Origin: Nannocystales bacterium
Lineage (GTDB): Bacteria; Myxococcota_A; Polyangia; Nannocystales; Nannocystaceae
Assembly (NCBI GenBank): GCA_050633305.1
Contig: JBOEGF010000015.1
Span: forward strand, 96,001-160,000
Reading direction: 5' to 3'
DNA length: 64,000 nt
Of the stretch, positions 55,104 to 64,000 are shown in pieces. The first letter of the stretch is position 1. The number at the start of each line of letters is the position of its first letter. The notes beneath the pieces are model-generated. The model was not told the DNA's origin and made no database searches. It saw nothing but the letters and a program-made list of their open reading frames with translations. The translations under genes and the position numbers were made by a program.

Positions 55104-56261
55104 GTGCCCGCCGTGCCTCTCGAAGCGCGATTGCGCCAACGGCTGGCCGCACTGGACGCACAGGGACTCCGCCGGGAGCTTCCCGAGGTCCGGGAGAGGC
55201 GCGGGGTCCAGTACCTGCACGGAGACCGGGAAGTGGTGGGGTTCTGCTCCAACGACTACCTCGGACTCTCCGAAGCGCCGCAGACGACCGGCGCTCCCGC
55301 CGGCGCCGCATCCTCTCGGCTGATCTGCGGCGACCTCGACCTCCACCGCGACGCCGAGCAGGAACTCGCGGCGCTCGCCGACCAAGAAGAGGCCGTGCTC
55401 TTCCCGAGCGGGTTCCAGCTCAACGTCGGCGTGCTTCCTTCGCTCCTGTCCTCCGAAGACAGGGTCTTCTCGGACGCACTCAACCACGCCTCGATCATCG
55501 ATGGGCTGCGCCTGAGCAAGGCACCGCGCACGATCCTCCCGCACCTTGCACCCCCACCAAGAGACTCAACATCCGGGCCCGGTGGAATCCGCTGGTGGGT
55601 CACGGAGTCCGTGTTCTCCATGGACGGGGATGCCGCGAACGTCGAAGGCCTGCGCACTGCGCTGGAGGACGGGTTCTGCGTGTATATGGACGACGCGCAC
55701 GGGTTCGGCCTTCACGACGGCGGTCGGGGCTGGCCCCAGGCTCACGGGCTCCGCCCAAGCCTCTATATAGGGACCCTGAGCAAAGCGCTCGGGTGCGCAG
55801 GCGCGTTCGTAGCCGGCTCGCGGACCGTCTGCGACTGGATCCGTACTCGGGCTCGAAGCTTCGTCTTTAGTACCGGCACCAGCCCACGAGTGGTCGAGTC
55901 GATCCTCAGCGGCCTTGCGCTCCTCAAGGGCGGGGCAGGGGACGCTGCCCGGAGCCGTCTGCGCCAGAATCTCGAACACCTCGCCAACGCGCTCCGATTG
56001 CCGCGCGTCCCCGTGACTCCCATCGTTCCGATCGTCCTGGGCAGCAACGAACGGGCGGTCGCGGTGGCGAGCCAACTGCTCGCACGCGGCTGGCACGTCC
56101 AAGCGATCCGTCCGCCGACAGTACCGCTCGGAGCCGCTCGGTTGCGGCTCACTCTCAGCGCCACTCACCAGCCCGAACACATCGACGGTCTTGTCGCCGC
56201 CCTCCGTGACGTGCTCGGCCCACAACACAGCGACCTCGCATCTTCAGCGCCCACACCATGA
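55104..56261 (+). CDS. bioF: 8-amino-7-oxononanoate synthase
   Basis: SNDYLGL, NHASIIDG, FSMDGD, DDAH, GTLSKA, IRPPTVP. Confidence 0.93.
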   Translation: MPAVPLEARLRQRLAALDAQGLRRELPEVRERRGVQYLHGDREVVGFCSNDYLGLSEAPQTTGAPAGAASSRLICGDLDLHRDAEQELAALADQEEAVLFPSGFQLNVGVLPSLLSSEDRVFSDALNHASIIDGLRLSKAPRTILPHLAPPPRDSTSGPGGIRWWVTESVFSMDGDAANVEGLRTALEDGFCVYMDDAHGFGLHDGGRGWPQAHGLRPSLYIGTLSKALGCAGAFVAGSRTVCDWIRTRARSFVFSTGTSPRVVESILSGLALLKGGAGDAARSRLRQNLEHLANALRLPRVPVTPIVPIVLGSNERAVAVASQLLARGWHVQAIRPPTVPLGAARLRLTLSATHQPEHIDGLVAALRDVLGPQHSDLASSAPTP

Positions 56262-56992
56262 CCGAGCGCGTCTTCTTTGTCGGAACCAACACCGGCGTCG
56301 GTAAGACCGCGTTGGTCTGTTCGCTGCTGCGATGGGCGGAAGCCCAGGATCTTCGCGTCGCCCCGTTCAAGCCGGCACAGAGTGGGGACACCGAGTCACC
56401 GACCGATGTGGAACGACTCCTCGACGCTGCAGGAATCTCGCGCGACCATTCCATGTCGGCCTGCCCGCTGACCTATCCAGAGCCACTCGCTCCGGGAATC
56501 GCCGAAGATCCTGCCCCGTTCCTTCGGCCTCCCGCCGCCAACGTCGACCCGCTCCCCGACGCCCTCGAGCTCACGCGCGACCGCCTCGAGACGTGGGAGC
56601 TTCAACGCCAAGCCGACTACGTCTTCGTCGAAGGGGCGGGCGGACTGCATGTTCCGATGCCCGGCGGGACCTGGCAGACCGAGTGGATCCGTGCACTTGC
56701 GGACTCCGTGGTGCTGGTCGCATCCAGTGGGCTCGGCACGATCAACCACACTCTTCTCACCCTCGACGCGCTCGACGACGAAGGCTTCGATGTGTTGGGC
56801 GTGTACTTCGTCGACCCCGATGAGGACGACGATCCGTCCCGTGAGGACAACGCGCAGATCATCGCGACGGCCCGCGGGATCAACGTGCTTGGCCGCCTCC
56901 CTTTCCTCGCGGAGCCCGATGGCCGCGGCACGACCGACCTGTTGACCCCGCTCCTTGAAGCCATGCGGTCACGCGCACCCACCGAGAGCTGA
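56258..56992 (+). CDS. bioD: Dethiobiotin synthase
   Basis: GTNTGVGKT, FKP.QSG, EGAGG, LGTINH. Confidence 0.95.
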   Translation: MTERVFFVGTNTGVGKTALVCSLLRWAEAQDLRVAPFKPAQSGDTESPTDVERLLDAAGISRDHSMSACPLTYPEPLAPGIAEDPAPFLRPPAANVDPLPDALELTRDRLETWELQRQADYVFVEGAGGLHVPMPGGTWQTEWIRALADSVVLVASSGLGTINHTLLTLDALDDEGFDVLGVYFVDPDEDDDPSREDNAQIIATARGINVLGRLPFLAEPDGRGTTDLLTPLLEAMRSRAPTES

Positions 56993-57039
56993 TTGGCGTC
57001 CGGCTCGCGACGGGCGAAGAGCCGTCGTAGACTCCGCGG

Positions 57040-58473
57040 ATGCGACTCGGCTCGACCCTGACCGCGGTGTGTCTCGCGACTCTCGCCTCCAACGCATCGG
57101 CAGCGCCGGCGCAAGAAGAAGGCATCGAACCCGTCGAACCGCAAGTGTACGGCGGCGCCCCAGCCGAGGTTTGCCAGTGGCCGACGACAGTCGCGGTGAC
57201 CGGAGGGGGCGGTCTGTGTACGGGCGCGCTCGTTCACCCCCGGCTCATCACCTACGCCGCACACTGTGGCGACGGCGAGAAGCAGATCCGTTTCGGCGAG
57301 AGCTCGACGACCGCCCTCACCCGTCAGACCGAACGGTGTGTGGCCAACCCGGACTACCTGGGCACCACCAACCAGGCGCAGGACTGGGCGTTCTGCATCC
57401 TCGCCGAGCCGATGCTCGACATCCCGTTCACGCCGCCCGCGTACGGTTGCGAGACGGACCTCATCCAAGAAGGGCAGGAGGTCTTTCTCGTGGGCTACGG
57501 CGACTCGAATGTCGGAAGCGCGGGGACGAAGCGGTGGGGCGAGAGTGTGATCGTCTCAACGTTCGGAGCCACAGCGCAGATCGGCGCCCAAGGAACCGGC
57601 ATCGCGACCTGCGAGGGTGACTCCGGCGGGACTGCATACCTGCCCATGGAGGACGGGTCCTTCCGGGCCATCTCCATGGTGTCGACTGGGCTCATCGGCT
57701 GCAACGACACGACCGGTACCCACGCGTTGATGCATCCCGCGATCCCTTGGATCGAGGAGACATCCCAGATCGACATCACCCCGTGCCATGACGCCGACGG
57801 TACGTGGAACCCCAACCCCAACTGCACGGGGTTCTTCGCCGGAGGGTCCACACCGCAGGGAGTCTGGGAGGACATGTGCGCGGGCACGCCCAGCACCGGA
57901 CCCTCGGTCACCTGTGGCGAGCCCTACGACGCGACACCCGACGAGGACCCGCCCGAGGTCACGGTCGCGTCACCGACCCACGGCACCGAACTCGATTCTG
58001 GCGCCCTCGTCACGATCGAGGTGGATGCCCTCGACAGCGGCTACGGCGTCGAAGAGGTCTGGATCGAAATCGACGGCATGGAGCAGGCGGTTCGCGAGAC
58101 CTATCCCCCCTTCGCATTCCCCGACGTTCCGTTCCCCGACGGGGTCTACACGATCGTCGCACACGCGGTGGACTGGGCTGGAAACGAAGGCGTGTCGGCC
58201 CCGGTCACCATCGGCATCAACGCCGAGGTGCCCGACACACCCGGCGGCTCGACGGGCAGCGCCGACTCCTCGGGCGATGGGACCGGGGACTCCAGCGGCG
58301 CCACAGATGGAGATGAGTCGACGGGCGACGTCACAGACTCGGGAGCCACGAGCGGTGCCCCCGATGCAACCGAGGACGGAGACGACGGATGCGGATGTTC
58401 GACCCCCACCGGTGGTGGTTGGTCCGGCCTTGTGATCTTGATCGGCCTGGTCGGCCTCCGTCGACGACGCTAG
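57040..58473 (+). CDS. Secreted trypsin-like protease with Ig-like domain and MYXO-CTERM anchor
   Basis: Signal peptide, AAHC, GDSGG, C-terminal GCGC-TM-RRRR. Confidence 0.9.
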   Translation: MRLGSTLTAVCLATLASNASAAPAQEEGIEPVEPQVYGGAPAEVCQWPTTVAVTGGGGLCTGALVHPRLITYAAHCGDGEKQIRFGESSTTALTRQTERCVANPDYLGTTNQAQDWAFCILAEPMLDIPFTPPAYGCETDLIQEGQEVFLVGYGDSNVGSAGTKRWGESVIVSTFGATAQIGAQGTGIATCEGDSGGTAYLPMEDGSFRAISMVSTGLIGCNDTTGTHALMHPAIPWIEETSQIDITPCHDADGTWNPNPNCTGFFAGGSTPQGVWEDMCAGTPSTGPSVTCGEPYDATPDEDPPEVTVASPTHGTELDSGALVTIEVDALDSGYGVEEVWIEIDGMEQAVRETYPPFAFPDVPFPDGVYTIVAHAVDWAGNEGVSAPVTIGINAEVPDTPGGSTGSADSSGDGTGDSSGATDGDESTGDVTDSGATSGAPDATEDGDDGCGCSTPTGGGWSGLVILIGLVGLRRRR

Positions 58474-58484
58474 GAGGGGCTGCC

Positions 58485-59120
58485 ATGCCGCTTCGTTCCC
58501 GTACCCGCCGTCCCTTGGTCGTCCTTCTGTGCGCGGCGACGCTGTCGTGCACCAAGAGCCCAGCGGCCCCGACCACCGTTCCATCGCAACCGTCGCCCGC
58601 CGACGCAAACACCCCCGCACCTCCTCTGCTGGCGGGCGTCTACACGGAAGCCCAACCCAGCGACGACACGCTCCTTCACGAACTCTACGTCGCCTTCGAC
58701 GGGCAGGCTGTCCGCGTAGGACACCGCATGCTCGGCGAACCCGAAGATGCCGCGATCCCCACCTCCGCCAAGCTGTGCGAGGTCTACTTCGACACGAACA
58801 TCCAGTGGACACCGACGGGCTTCGTGGTTGCCACCGCAATGAGCGCCGAGAGCCAAGTCGGTTCGGTCAGCGTGTTTCTCGAGACCGAAGAGGACACCAG
58901 CGGAAGCTTCAGTTTCGACGGGTCAAGCTGCGAAGTTCAGCTCGTGCCTGGCGAGTACAAGGTCGAGCCCACAACCGAACTCGGCCCCGACGGTCGTCCC
59001 GCCGCGTTCGTCCTCCACCCACCCGCCGGGTCCGCTCAGCGCTTCACGGCTGCCGAACCCACCTCGTTTCAGGACTTGGGCCAGGCCCTGTGGGACGCGC
59101 TTCCACAGGCCGCGAACTAG
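58485..59120 (+). CDS. Hypothetical lipoprotein
   Basis: AGGAGG RBS; signal peptide ending TLS-C. Confidence 0.7.
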   Translation: MPLRSRTRRPLVVLLCAATLSCTKSPAAPTTVPSQPSPADANTPAPPLLAGVYTEAQPSDDTLLHELYVAFDGQAVRVGHRMLGEPEDAAIPTSAKLCEVYFDTNIQWTPTGFVVATAMSAESQVGSVSVFLETEEDTSGSFSFDGSSCEVQLVPGEYKVEPTTELGPDGRPAAFVLHPPAGSAQRFTAAEPTSFQDLGQALWDALPQAAN

Positions 59121-59193
59121 AGACGTCCCCTAGCACGAACCCTCGACCCGTGTTCGCAAGGCCCGGCCACAAGACTCAGATGCGGTTGTGCCG

Positions 59194-60522
59194 CTACTTG
59201 CCGATGCAGAAGGTCGAGAAAATTCGAGTGAGAATCTCGTCCCCCACGGGCCCGAGCTGCGTCCGACCCGTGATCGCTGCGAGGCGGGCTTCGGTGACCC
59301 CGAGTTCAAACGCGATGATCTCCAGAGCAGCGTCATCTGCCATCAGCTCGGCCGCGCGAGCCAACGCATCGAGTGCCTCGGCCGCCCGGTCGCGATGTCG
59401 CGCCAAGCCGATCCAGGCGCGGTCCTGATCGCGGGCAAACCACGCCCGAAGCGCGGCCTCGACCTCCTCGATCCCCTCGGCGCCCTGACCCAGCGTGACG
59501 CCGATGGCATCGGACCGCCGCGTACCGAGGTCGCGCTTCGTCTCGACTTCCAACACCCGCACTCCGAGCTCGGGGCGCTCGACCGGCTCGGCATCCGAAG
59601 CCTCCACCCACAAGACCAGGTCCGCGAGTTCAACCTGCTCGCGGCTCATCTCGATCCCGGCCGCCTCGATCGTCCCGGCGTCTCCACGAAGACCGGCGGT
59701 GTCGATCAGCCAGGCGCCGTGGGGACCGATGCTGTAGTCGGCCTCCACGTAATCGCGGGTCGTGCCCGGGATGTCTGCCACGATCGCCCGGCGCCGCCCC
59801 AGCAAAGCGTTGAACAGCGAGCTCTTCCCTGCGTTGGGCGGACCGGCCAGGACGAAACGGGCCCGCTCCCGACCTCGGCGACCCGCCTCGAATCCCGACA
59901 ACCAGCGGTCGAGCTGGGTGCGGAGATCGGCCACCTCGGCACGCCACCGCAGGACGTGGGTGTCATCGACATCCTCAGGGAAATCGAGGTTGGCCTCGAC
60001 TTCGGTTCGCAGCCCGAGCACCGCATCGCGGAGCGCCTCGACTCCGCGGCCAAGCTCCCCAGCCGCCAACCGTCGCGCCTGCGCGAGGGCTTCGTCGGTT
60101 TGCGCGCCAATGACCGCTGCAATGCCCTCCGCCTGATCGAGTGAGAGCGCGCCGAGCTCGAACGCACGGCGACTGAAGTCCCCAGCACCGGCCGCGGTCG
60201 CTCCCGCCACAAGGCACGCCTCCACGACGGCGCGAACGTTCCGCTCGCCCGCGTGCACATGCAGCTCGACCACGTCCTCACCCGTGAACGAGGCTGGCCC
60301 GGGCATCCAGGCGACGAGCCCGTCCTCTTGCTGGCCGCGGGCCAGCGACAACAGCCGCCGGGCAAGACGCCGCGGGGTGGGGGGCTCCTCGACACCAAGA
60401 CCCGCGAGGACCCCGGCCGCCCCTGGCCCACTGACCCGCACAATTGCGACACCCCCGTCCGGTGTGCCTGTGGCAACACCGACGAGGGTGGTTCGAGACG
60501 CGCTCGTGAAGTCGGCGGTCAC
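59194..60522 (-). CDS. mnmE: tRNA modification GTPase
   Basis: SFTGED, GPPNAGKSS, GTTRD, DTAG, FCIGK. Confidence 0.97.
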   Translation of the reverse strand: MTADFTSASRTTLVGVATGTPDGGVAIVRVSGPGAAGVLAGLGVEEPPTPRRLARRLLSLARGQQEDGLVAWMPGPASFTGEDVVELHVHAGERNVRAVVEACLVAGATAAGAGDFSRRAFELGALSLDQAEGIAAVIGAQTDEALAQARRLAAGELGRGVEALRDAVLGLRTEVEANLDFPEDVDDTHVLRWRAEVADLRTQLDRWLSGFEAGRRGRERARFVLAGPPNAGKSSLFNALLGRRRAIVADIPGTTRDYVEADYSIGPHGAWLIDTAGLRGDAGTIEAAGIEMSREQVELADLVLWVEASDAEPVERPELGVRVLEVETKRDLGTRRSDAIGVTLGQGAEGIEEVEAALRAWFARDQDRAWIGLARHRDRAAEALDALARAAELMADDAALEIIAFELGVTEARLAAITGRTQLGPVGDEILTRIFSTFCIGK

Positions 60523-61034
60523 CGCTCGGGGAACACCACGACGTGGCGTCGTCGGCCTTCGCCCTCGGACTCCGTCGCGAGGCCTTCGATTTCGACGATG
60601 GCCATGTGCACGACCCGTCGCTCCATCGCGCTCATCGGCTCGAAGTGGAACGAGCGTCCTTCGTCGAGCACCTTGTCCGCGGCGTTGCGAGCGAGCTGCT
60701 TGAGCGTCTTCTCGCGGCGCGTCCGGTAGCCGGCGACGTCGAGAGTAATCCGCATGCGCGCTTGGCCTTCGGCCTGAAGCACACGAAGCGTCAGGTACTG
60801 AAGCGAGTCGAGGGTCGCACCGTGACGACCGATCAACAGACCGCCGTCAGACTCGGCGCAGTTGAGGTCGCAGTGCAGCCCGTCTTCTTCGATATCGATG
60901 TCGACTTCGACCTCGACACCAAGCAACCCGAGCACGCTCTCGAGAAAGGAGCGCACGACGGGCACCGCCGGGGAGAAACGCTCCTCGGGGGTACGGTCAT
61001 CTTCAGAGTTGTTGTCCTGCTGTGGGTCGGACAT
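60519..61034 (-). CDS. jag: Jag/KhpB RNA-binding protein (KH + R3H)
   Basis: LIGRHGATLDSLQ, ERRVVH, SEGEG..R.VV. Confidence 0.93.
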   Translation of the reverse strand: MSDPQQDNNSEDDRTPEERFSPAVPVVRSFLESVLGLLGVEVEVDIDIEEDGLHCDLNCAESDGGLLIGRHGATLDSLQYLTLRVLQAEGQARMRITLDVAGYRTRREKTLKQLARNAADKVLDEGRSFHFEPMSAMERRVVHMAIVEIEGLATESEGEGRRRHVVVFPER

Positions 61035-61050
61035 GCGATCGGTCCAGAGT

Positions 61051-62769
61051 CTACTTCTTTTTGGCCGGCTTTTCGTCGGCCTTGGCCGGCTTACCGTCTG
61101 CGGCCGGATCATCGGTGTTCCGGCCTACCTGGATCGCGGTTTGGACGACCGACAGGCAGATGTTGACGAAGATATAGAGGGCCAAGCCGGAAGGCAAAAA
61201 CAACATGAAGGCCGCGAAGACGACCGGCATGATCCAACGCATGAGCTTGGCCTGCATCTCGTCGCCAGACGTGGGCATCATGCGGTTTTGCACGACCATC
61301 ATGCCCCCGAGCATGATGGGCAGCGCGTAGAACGGGTCCTGCTTGGTCAGGTCGGGGAGCCACAGGAAGGGCTCGTGCACCAGCTCCACCGCGGCACCCA
61401 GCATCGCGTACAGAGCGATGTAGACCGGCATCTGCACGAAGACAGGCAGGCAGCCAGCCAACGGGTTGACACCCTCACGAGCGAAGAGCGCTTGCGTCTC
61501 TTGGCCCTGCTTGACGCGGTCGTCAGCGTATTTCTTTTTGATCTCGGCGATCTTCGGCTGAATCCGCTTCATCGCCTTCATGGAGTTCATCTGCTTGAGC
61601 GTCAGCGGCAGCGTGACTGCCTTGATGACGATGGTCACAAGCACGATGGCCCAGCCCCAAACGCCGACCCATCCATAGAAGAACCGCATCAGGCTGAGCA
61701 GCATCCGCCCGAGGTACTCGGAGAGACGTCCCAGGATGCCCCAGTCGATGGCTTCCTCGAGGTGAACCTCGGTCGCGGGCTTGACCGCGGCGAAGGCCTG
61801 CAAGCTCTCGAGACCCTTGGCACCGACGAAGAGCCCAAGCTCGTAGCGCTTCACCTCGCTGGGCGCGAGCGTGGAGACGTTCGTGGCGAGCGTTCCCACG
61901 AGGAACCCACCGTCCTCGCTCTGTTCCAACACGCACTCGCCGAAGGGCTCCGTGGGAACCATGAGCGTGCCGAAGTACTTGTTGTCGACGCCGCCCCACA
62001 GCACCGGGTCGGTGCCATAGGTGATCGGTCCATCTTCGACGTCGCTGTTGTCCTCGTCCTCGAAGTCCTCTGTGGTCCGGCACAGCCCACGCTTGATGTT
62101 GTACCGGCTCTCCTCACCCGTGAGGCCAACCCGGCTGCGCACATGCATGCGGTGACGTTGCTCTTGGCGAGTGAGGTTGGTGACCTCGACCGACAGGACC
62201 CCCTCGTAACCGGCGAGCAGCTTCAGGGTCTGCTTGACCTGAACCTCTTCGGTGCGGTGGACCAACGTGATGCTGTCCGCACTCGCGCTCTCCACTTCAT
62301 AGGCCTGACCGCCGGCGATTCGGAAGTCGCTCGCAGCGTCGGCGAAGCTGACCTCGAGCGTCGAGGCGCCCTTGAGGCCCAGTGGGTCGGTCGCGGTGTC
62401 GTGCCCCTGGAACTGCTCGCTGAGCAGGTCAACCTCTTCGACCATGCCGCCACGCGTGGGCGCACGGTTGGTGACCTTGAGGGACAGGAGGTCGTTGGAG
62501 ATCGTGTGGTGAACCACCTCGACATCAGTGTCGGTCGGTGGCTCATCCTTCGCCGCTTCGGGTCCTCCGCTCGGTGCCGGCTCAGACTCGCCGTCAGCGT
62601 TGGCTAGCTTGGCGCCGTCCGCTTGGGCGTCGTCGGATTTCGCGACTTCAGCTTGCGCGTCCTCCTCGACCGGTTCGGGGGGAGGAGGGCCGAAGAAGTC
62701 GAATGTGATCCAAACGATTCCGCAGAGAAAGAGCGCAATGGCGATGCGTTTTTCGAAACTCAGCTTCAT
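61051..62769 (-). CDS. yidC: Membrane protein insertase
   Basis: [20 protein letters not shown]. Confidence 0.97.
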   Translation of the reverse strand: MKLSFEKRIAIALFLCGIVWITFDFFGPPPPEPVEEDAQAEVAKSDDAQADGAKLANADGESEPAPSGGPEAAKDEPPTDTDVEVVHHTISNDLLSLKVTNRAPTRGGMVEEVDLLSEQFQGHDTATDPLGLKGASTLEVSFADAASDFRIAGGQAYEVESASADSITLVHRTEEVQVKQTLKLLAGYEGVLSVEVTNLTRQEQRHRMHVRSRVGLTGEESRYNIKRGLCRTTEDFEDEDNSDVEDGPITYGTDPVLWGGVDNKYFGTLMVPTEPFGECVLEQSEDGGFLVGTLATNVSTLAPSEVKRYELGLFVGAKGLESLQAFAAVKPATEVHLEEAIDWGILGRLSEYLGRMLLSLMRFFYGWVGVWGWAIVLVTIVIKAVTLPLTLKQMNSMKAMKRIQPKIAEIKKKYADDRVKQGQETQALFAREGVNPLAGCLPVFVQMPVYIALYAMLGAAVELVHEPFLWLPDLTKQDPFYALPIMLGGMMVVQNRMMPTSGDEMQAKLMRWIMPVVFAAFMLFLPSGLALYIFVNICLSVVQTAIQVGRNTDDPAADGKPAKADEKPAKKK

Positions 62770-63125
62770 CGGGAGCTCCGTTTGGGGGGTACGGGATCGT
62801 AGCCGCCCGGGTGGAAGGGGTGGCACCGCCCAATGCGGCGCACGGCGAGCCAAGTACCACGAACTGCACCGTGCTCACCAAGCGCTTCGGCCGCAAAGCG
62901 CGAACAACTTGGATGGAAGCGGCAGCGGGGACCAAGCAGGGGAGAGAGGACTAATTGGTAGAGGCGGATCAATCCAACGCCGACCCATGACACGCCAAAC
63001 CGCGCTGGCATGGGGCTCAGCGCGGTGGAAGGGGTGTCGTGGCGGTCGCAGCAAACCTCAGACGAACAGCCAGGGTCGTCATCGGCCCCCTCGTCAGTCG
63101 GCTCGTCAGTCGGCTCGTCACTCAC
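62766..63125 (-). CDS. yidD: Membrane protein insertion efficiency factor
   Basis: [20 protein letters not shown]. Confidence 0.95.
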   Translation of the reverse strand: MSDEPTDEPTDEGADDDPGCSSEVCCDRHDTPSTALSPMPARFGVSWVGVGLIRLYQLVLSPLLGPRCRFHPSCSRFAAEALGEHGAVRGTWLAVRRIGRCHPFHPGGYDPVPPKRSSR

Positions 63126-63616
63126 GAGGAACCTCGCTCGGCATGCTGTCGCGTGAGCCTACGAGCGAGGGCCACGAAGTCGCTGCGCAATTCTTCGAGC
63201 GTGAAGCTCAGCGCGTTCCGTTTTGCGACCAACACCATGTCGTAGCCAGGGGGAAGATGAGCCCGCTCCTGGCGAAACACCTCGCGCGCCAGGCGCTTGA
63301 TGCGGTTGCGCTGATGCGCGCGGCCGACCTTCCGGGTTACGGTGACCCCCAGTCGCGTGGGTCGCAACGGCGGCGGCTCGGTATGCGACGTGACCTCGCG
63401 CGGCGACGCCTCTGAAACCGCGGGTGGTTCGCCACGCACAACACCCGCCGACTCCACTGCCGTGCGCCGTCGGTCCTTCTCGTGACGAGACTTGGACCGA
63501 GGCGCCACAAACACGAGGAAGTGGCGGGTGTGGTGTTTTTGGCCCCGACGCTGGACGCGAAGAAACTCCCGTCGCTGGCGCAACCGCAGCCAACGCGGGA
63601 GTCCTTGAGGCTTCAT
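63122..63616 (-). CDS. rnpA: RNase P protein component
   Basis: RLG.TV.RKVG.A..RNRIKR..RE. Confidence 0.93.
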   Translation of the reverse strand: MKPQGLPRWLRLRQRREFLRVQRRGQKHHTRHFLVFVAPRSKSRHEKDRRRTAVESAGVVRGEPPAVSEASPREVTSHTEPPPLRPTRLGVTVTRKVGRAHQRNRIKRLAREVFRQERAHLPPGYDMVLVAKRNALSFTLEELRSDFVALARRLTRQHAERGSS

Positions 63617-63654
63617 CGAGCCAAAGACCGTCGCGGGGTGAAGTCCGCGAGCCC

Positions 63655-63807
63655 CTACTTGGAGCCGCAGCTCACCGTAAGGCGCTTGCGTCCTTTACGG
63701 CGACGGGCGGCCAGGACTTTGCGGCCGTTCTTCGTTGCCATGCGAGCGCGGAAACCGTGCGTACGTTTGCGGCGGGTGTTGTGCGGTTGGTAGGTACGTT
63801 TCGACAC
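63655..63807 (-). CDS. rpmH: 50S ribosomal protein L34 (absent from the ORF track)
   Basis: [43 protein letters not shown]. Confidence 0.97.
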   Translation of the reverse strand: MSKRTYQPHNTRRKRTHGFRARMATKNGRKVLAARRRKGRKRLTVSCGSK

Positions 63808-64000
63808 GATTCGTTCTCCTGCCCTCGGTTGGAGGGGCCAGTGGCATCCACGCTCCGCGGACGCCGAAAGGGAGCGGTAGATAGCAACCGGATCCCCAGC
63901 GTGTCAAACGACCGCCGTGTGTGGGATCGCCGCTGATCTTTCTGGCCCCAGCGCCCCCGCTATCGCACCCGGACCTACATGCTTGGCACGGTCTTGATCG

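Noticed and set aside
63090..63120. 12-bp tandem repeat at the start of yidD
   Set aside because: Encodes low-complexity DEPT repeats; no evident significance
63808..64000. oriC/DnaA boxes or a sigma54 promoter upstream of rpmH
   Set aside because: No TTATCCACA match seen; TTGGCACGGTCTTGAT lacks the GC at -12; the window ends here

Overview
High-GC bacterial chromosome segment, inferred to be myxobacterial (MYXO-CTERM protease, REC-DUF4388 protein), probably next to the replication origin. The right end carries rpmH-rnpA-yidD-yidC-jag-mnmE. The left part has a dynamin-like GTPase, two ECF sigma factors, rnhB, tsaD-rsmA-mutM, a rhomboid protease, three parS sites and rsmG. An apparently complete 39.7-kb siphovirus-like prophage (15444-55102) lies between the divergent genes rsmG and bioF, bounded by the 11-bp direct repeat GATAATGCCAT. 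Main observations: (1) rejoining the ends gives an attP with 13-bp inverted arms; the core also holds candidate -10 boxes of both flanking host genes. (2) I find no repressor gene; the integrase heads a 9.7-kb coupled early operon whose candidate promoter and in-frame 5' extension are on the other side of att, suggesting a switch driven by integration itself. (3) A GCGC-N5-CANNNT-N6/7-start motif occurs six times in the late region. (4) A -1 frameshift tail chaperone checks out by hand. (5) A candidate sigma54-dependent sRNA sits at about 6085-6225. Product calls rest on recognised motifs and gene order only; no database searches were run.
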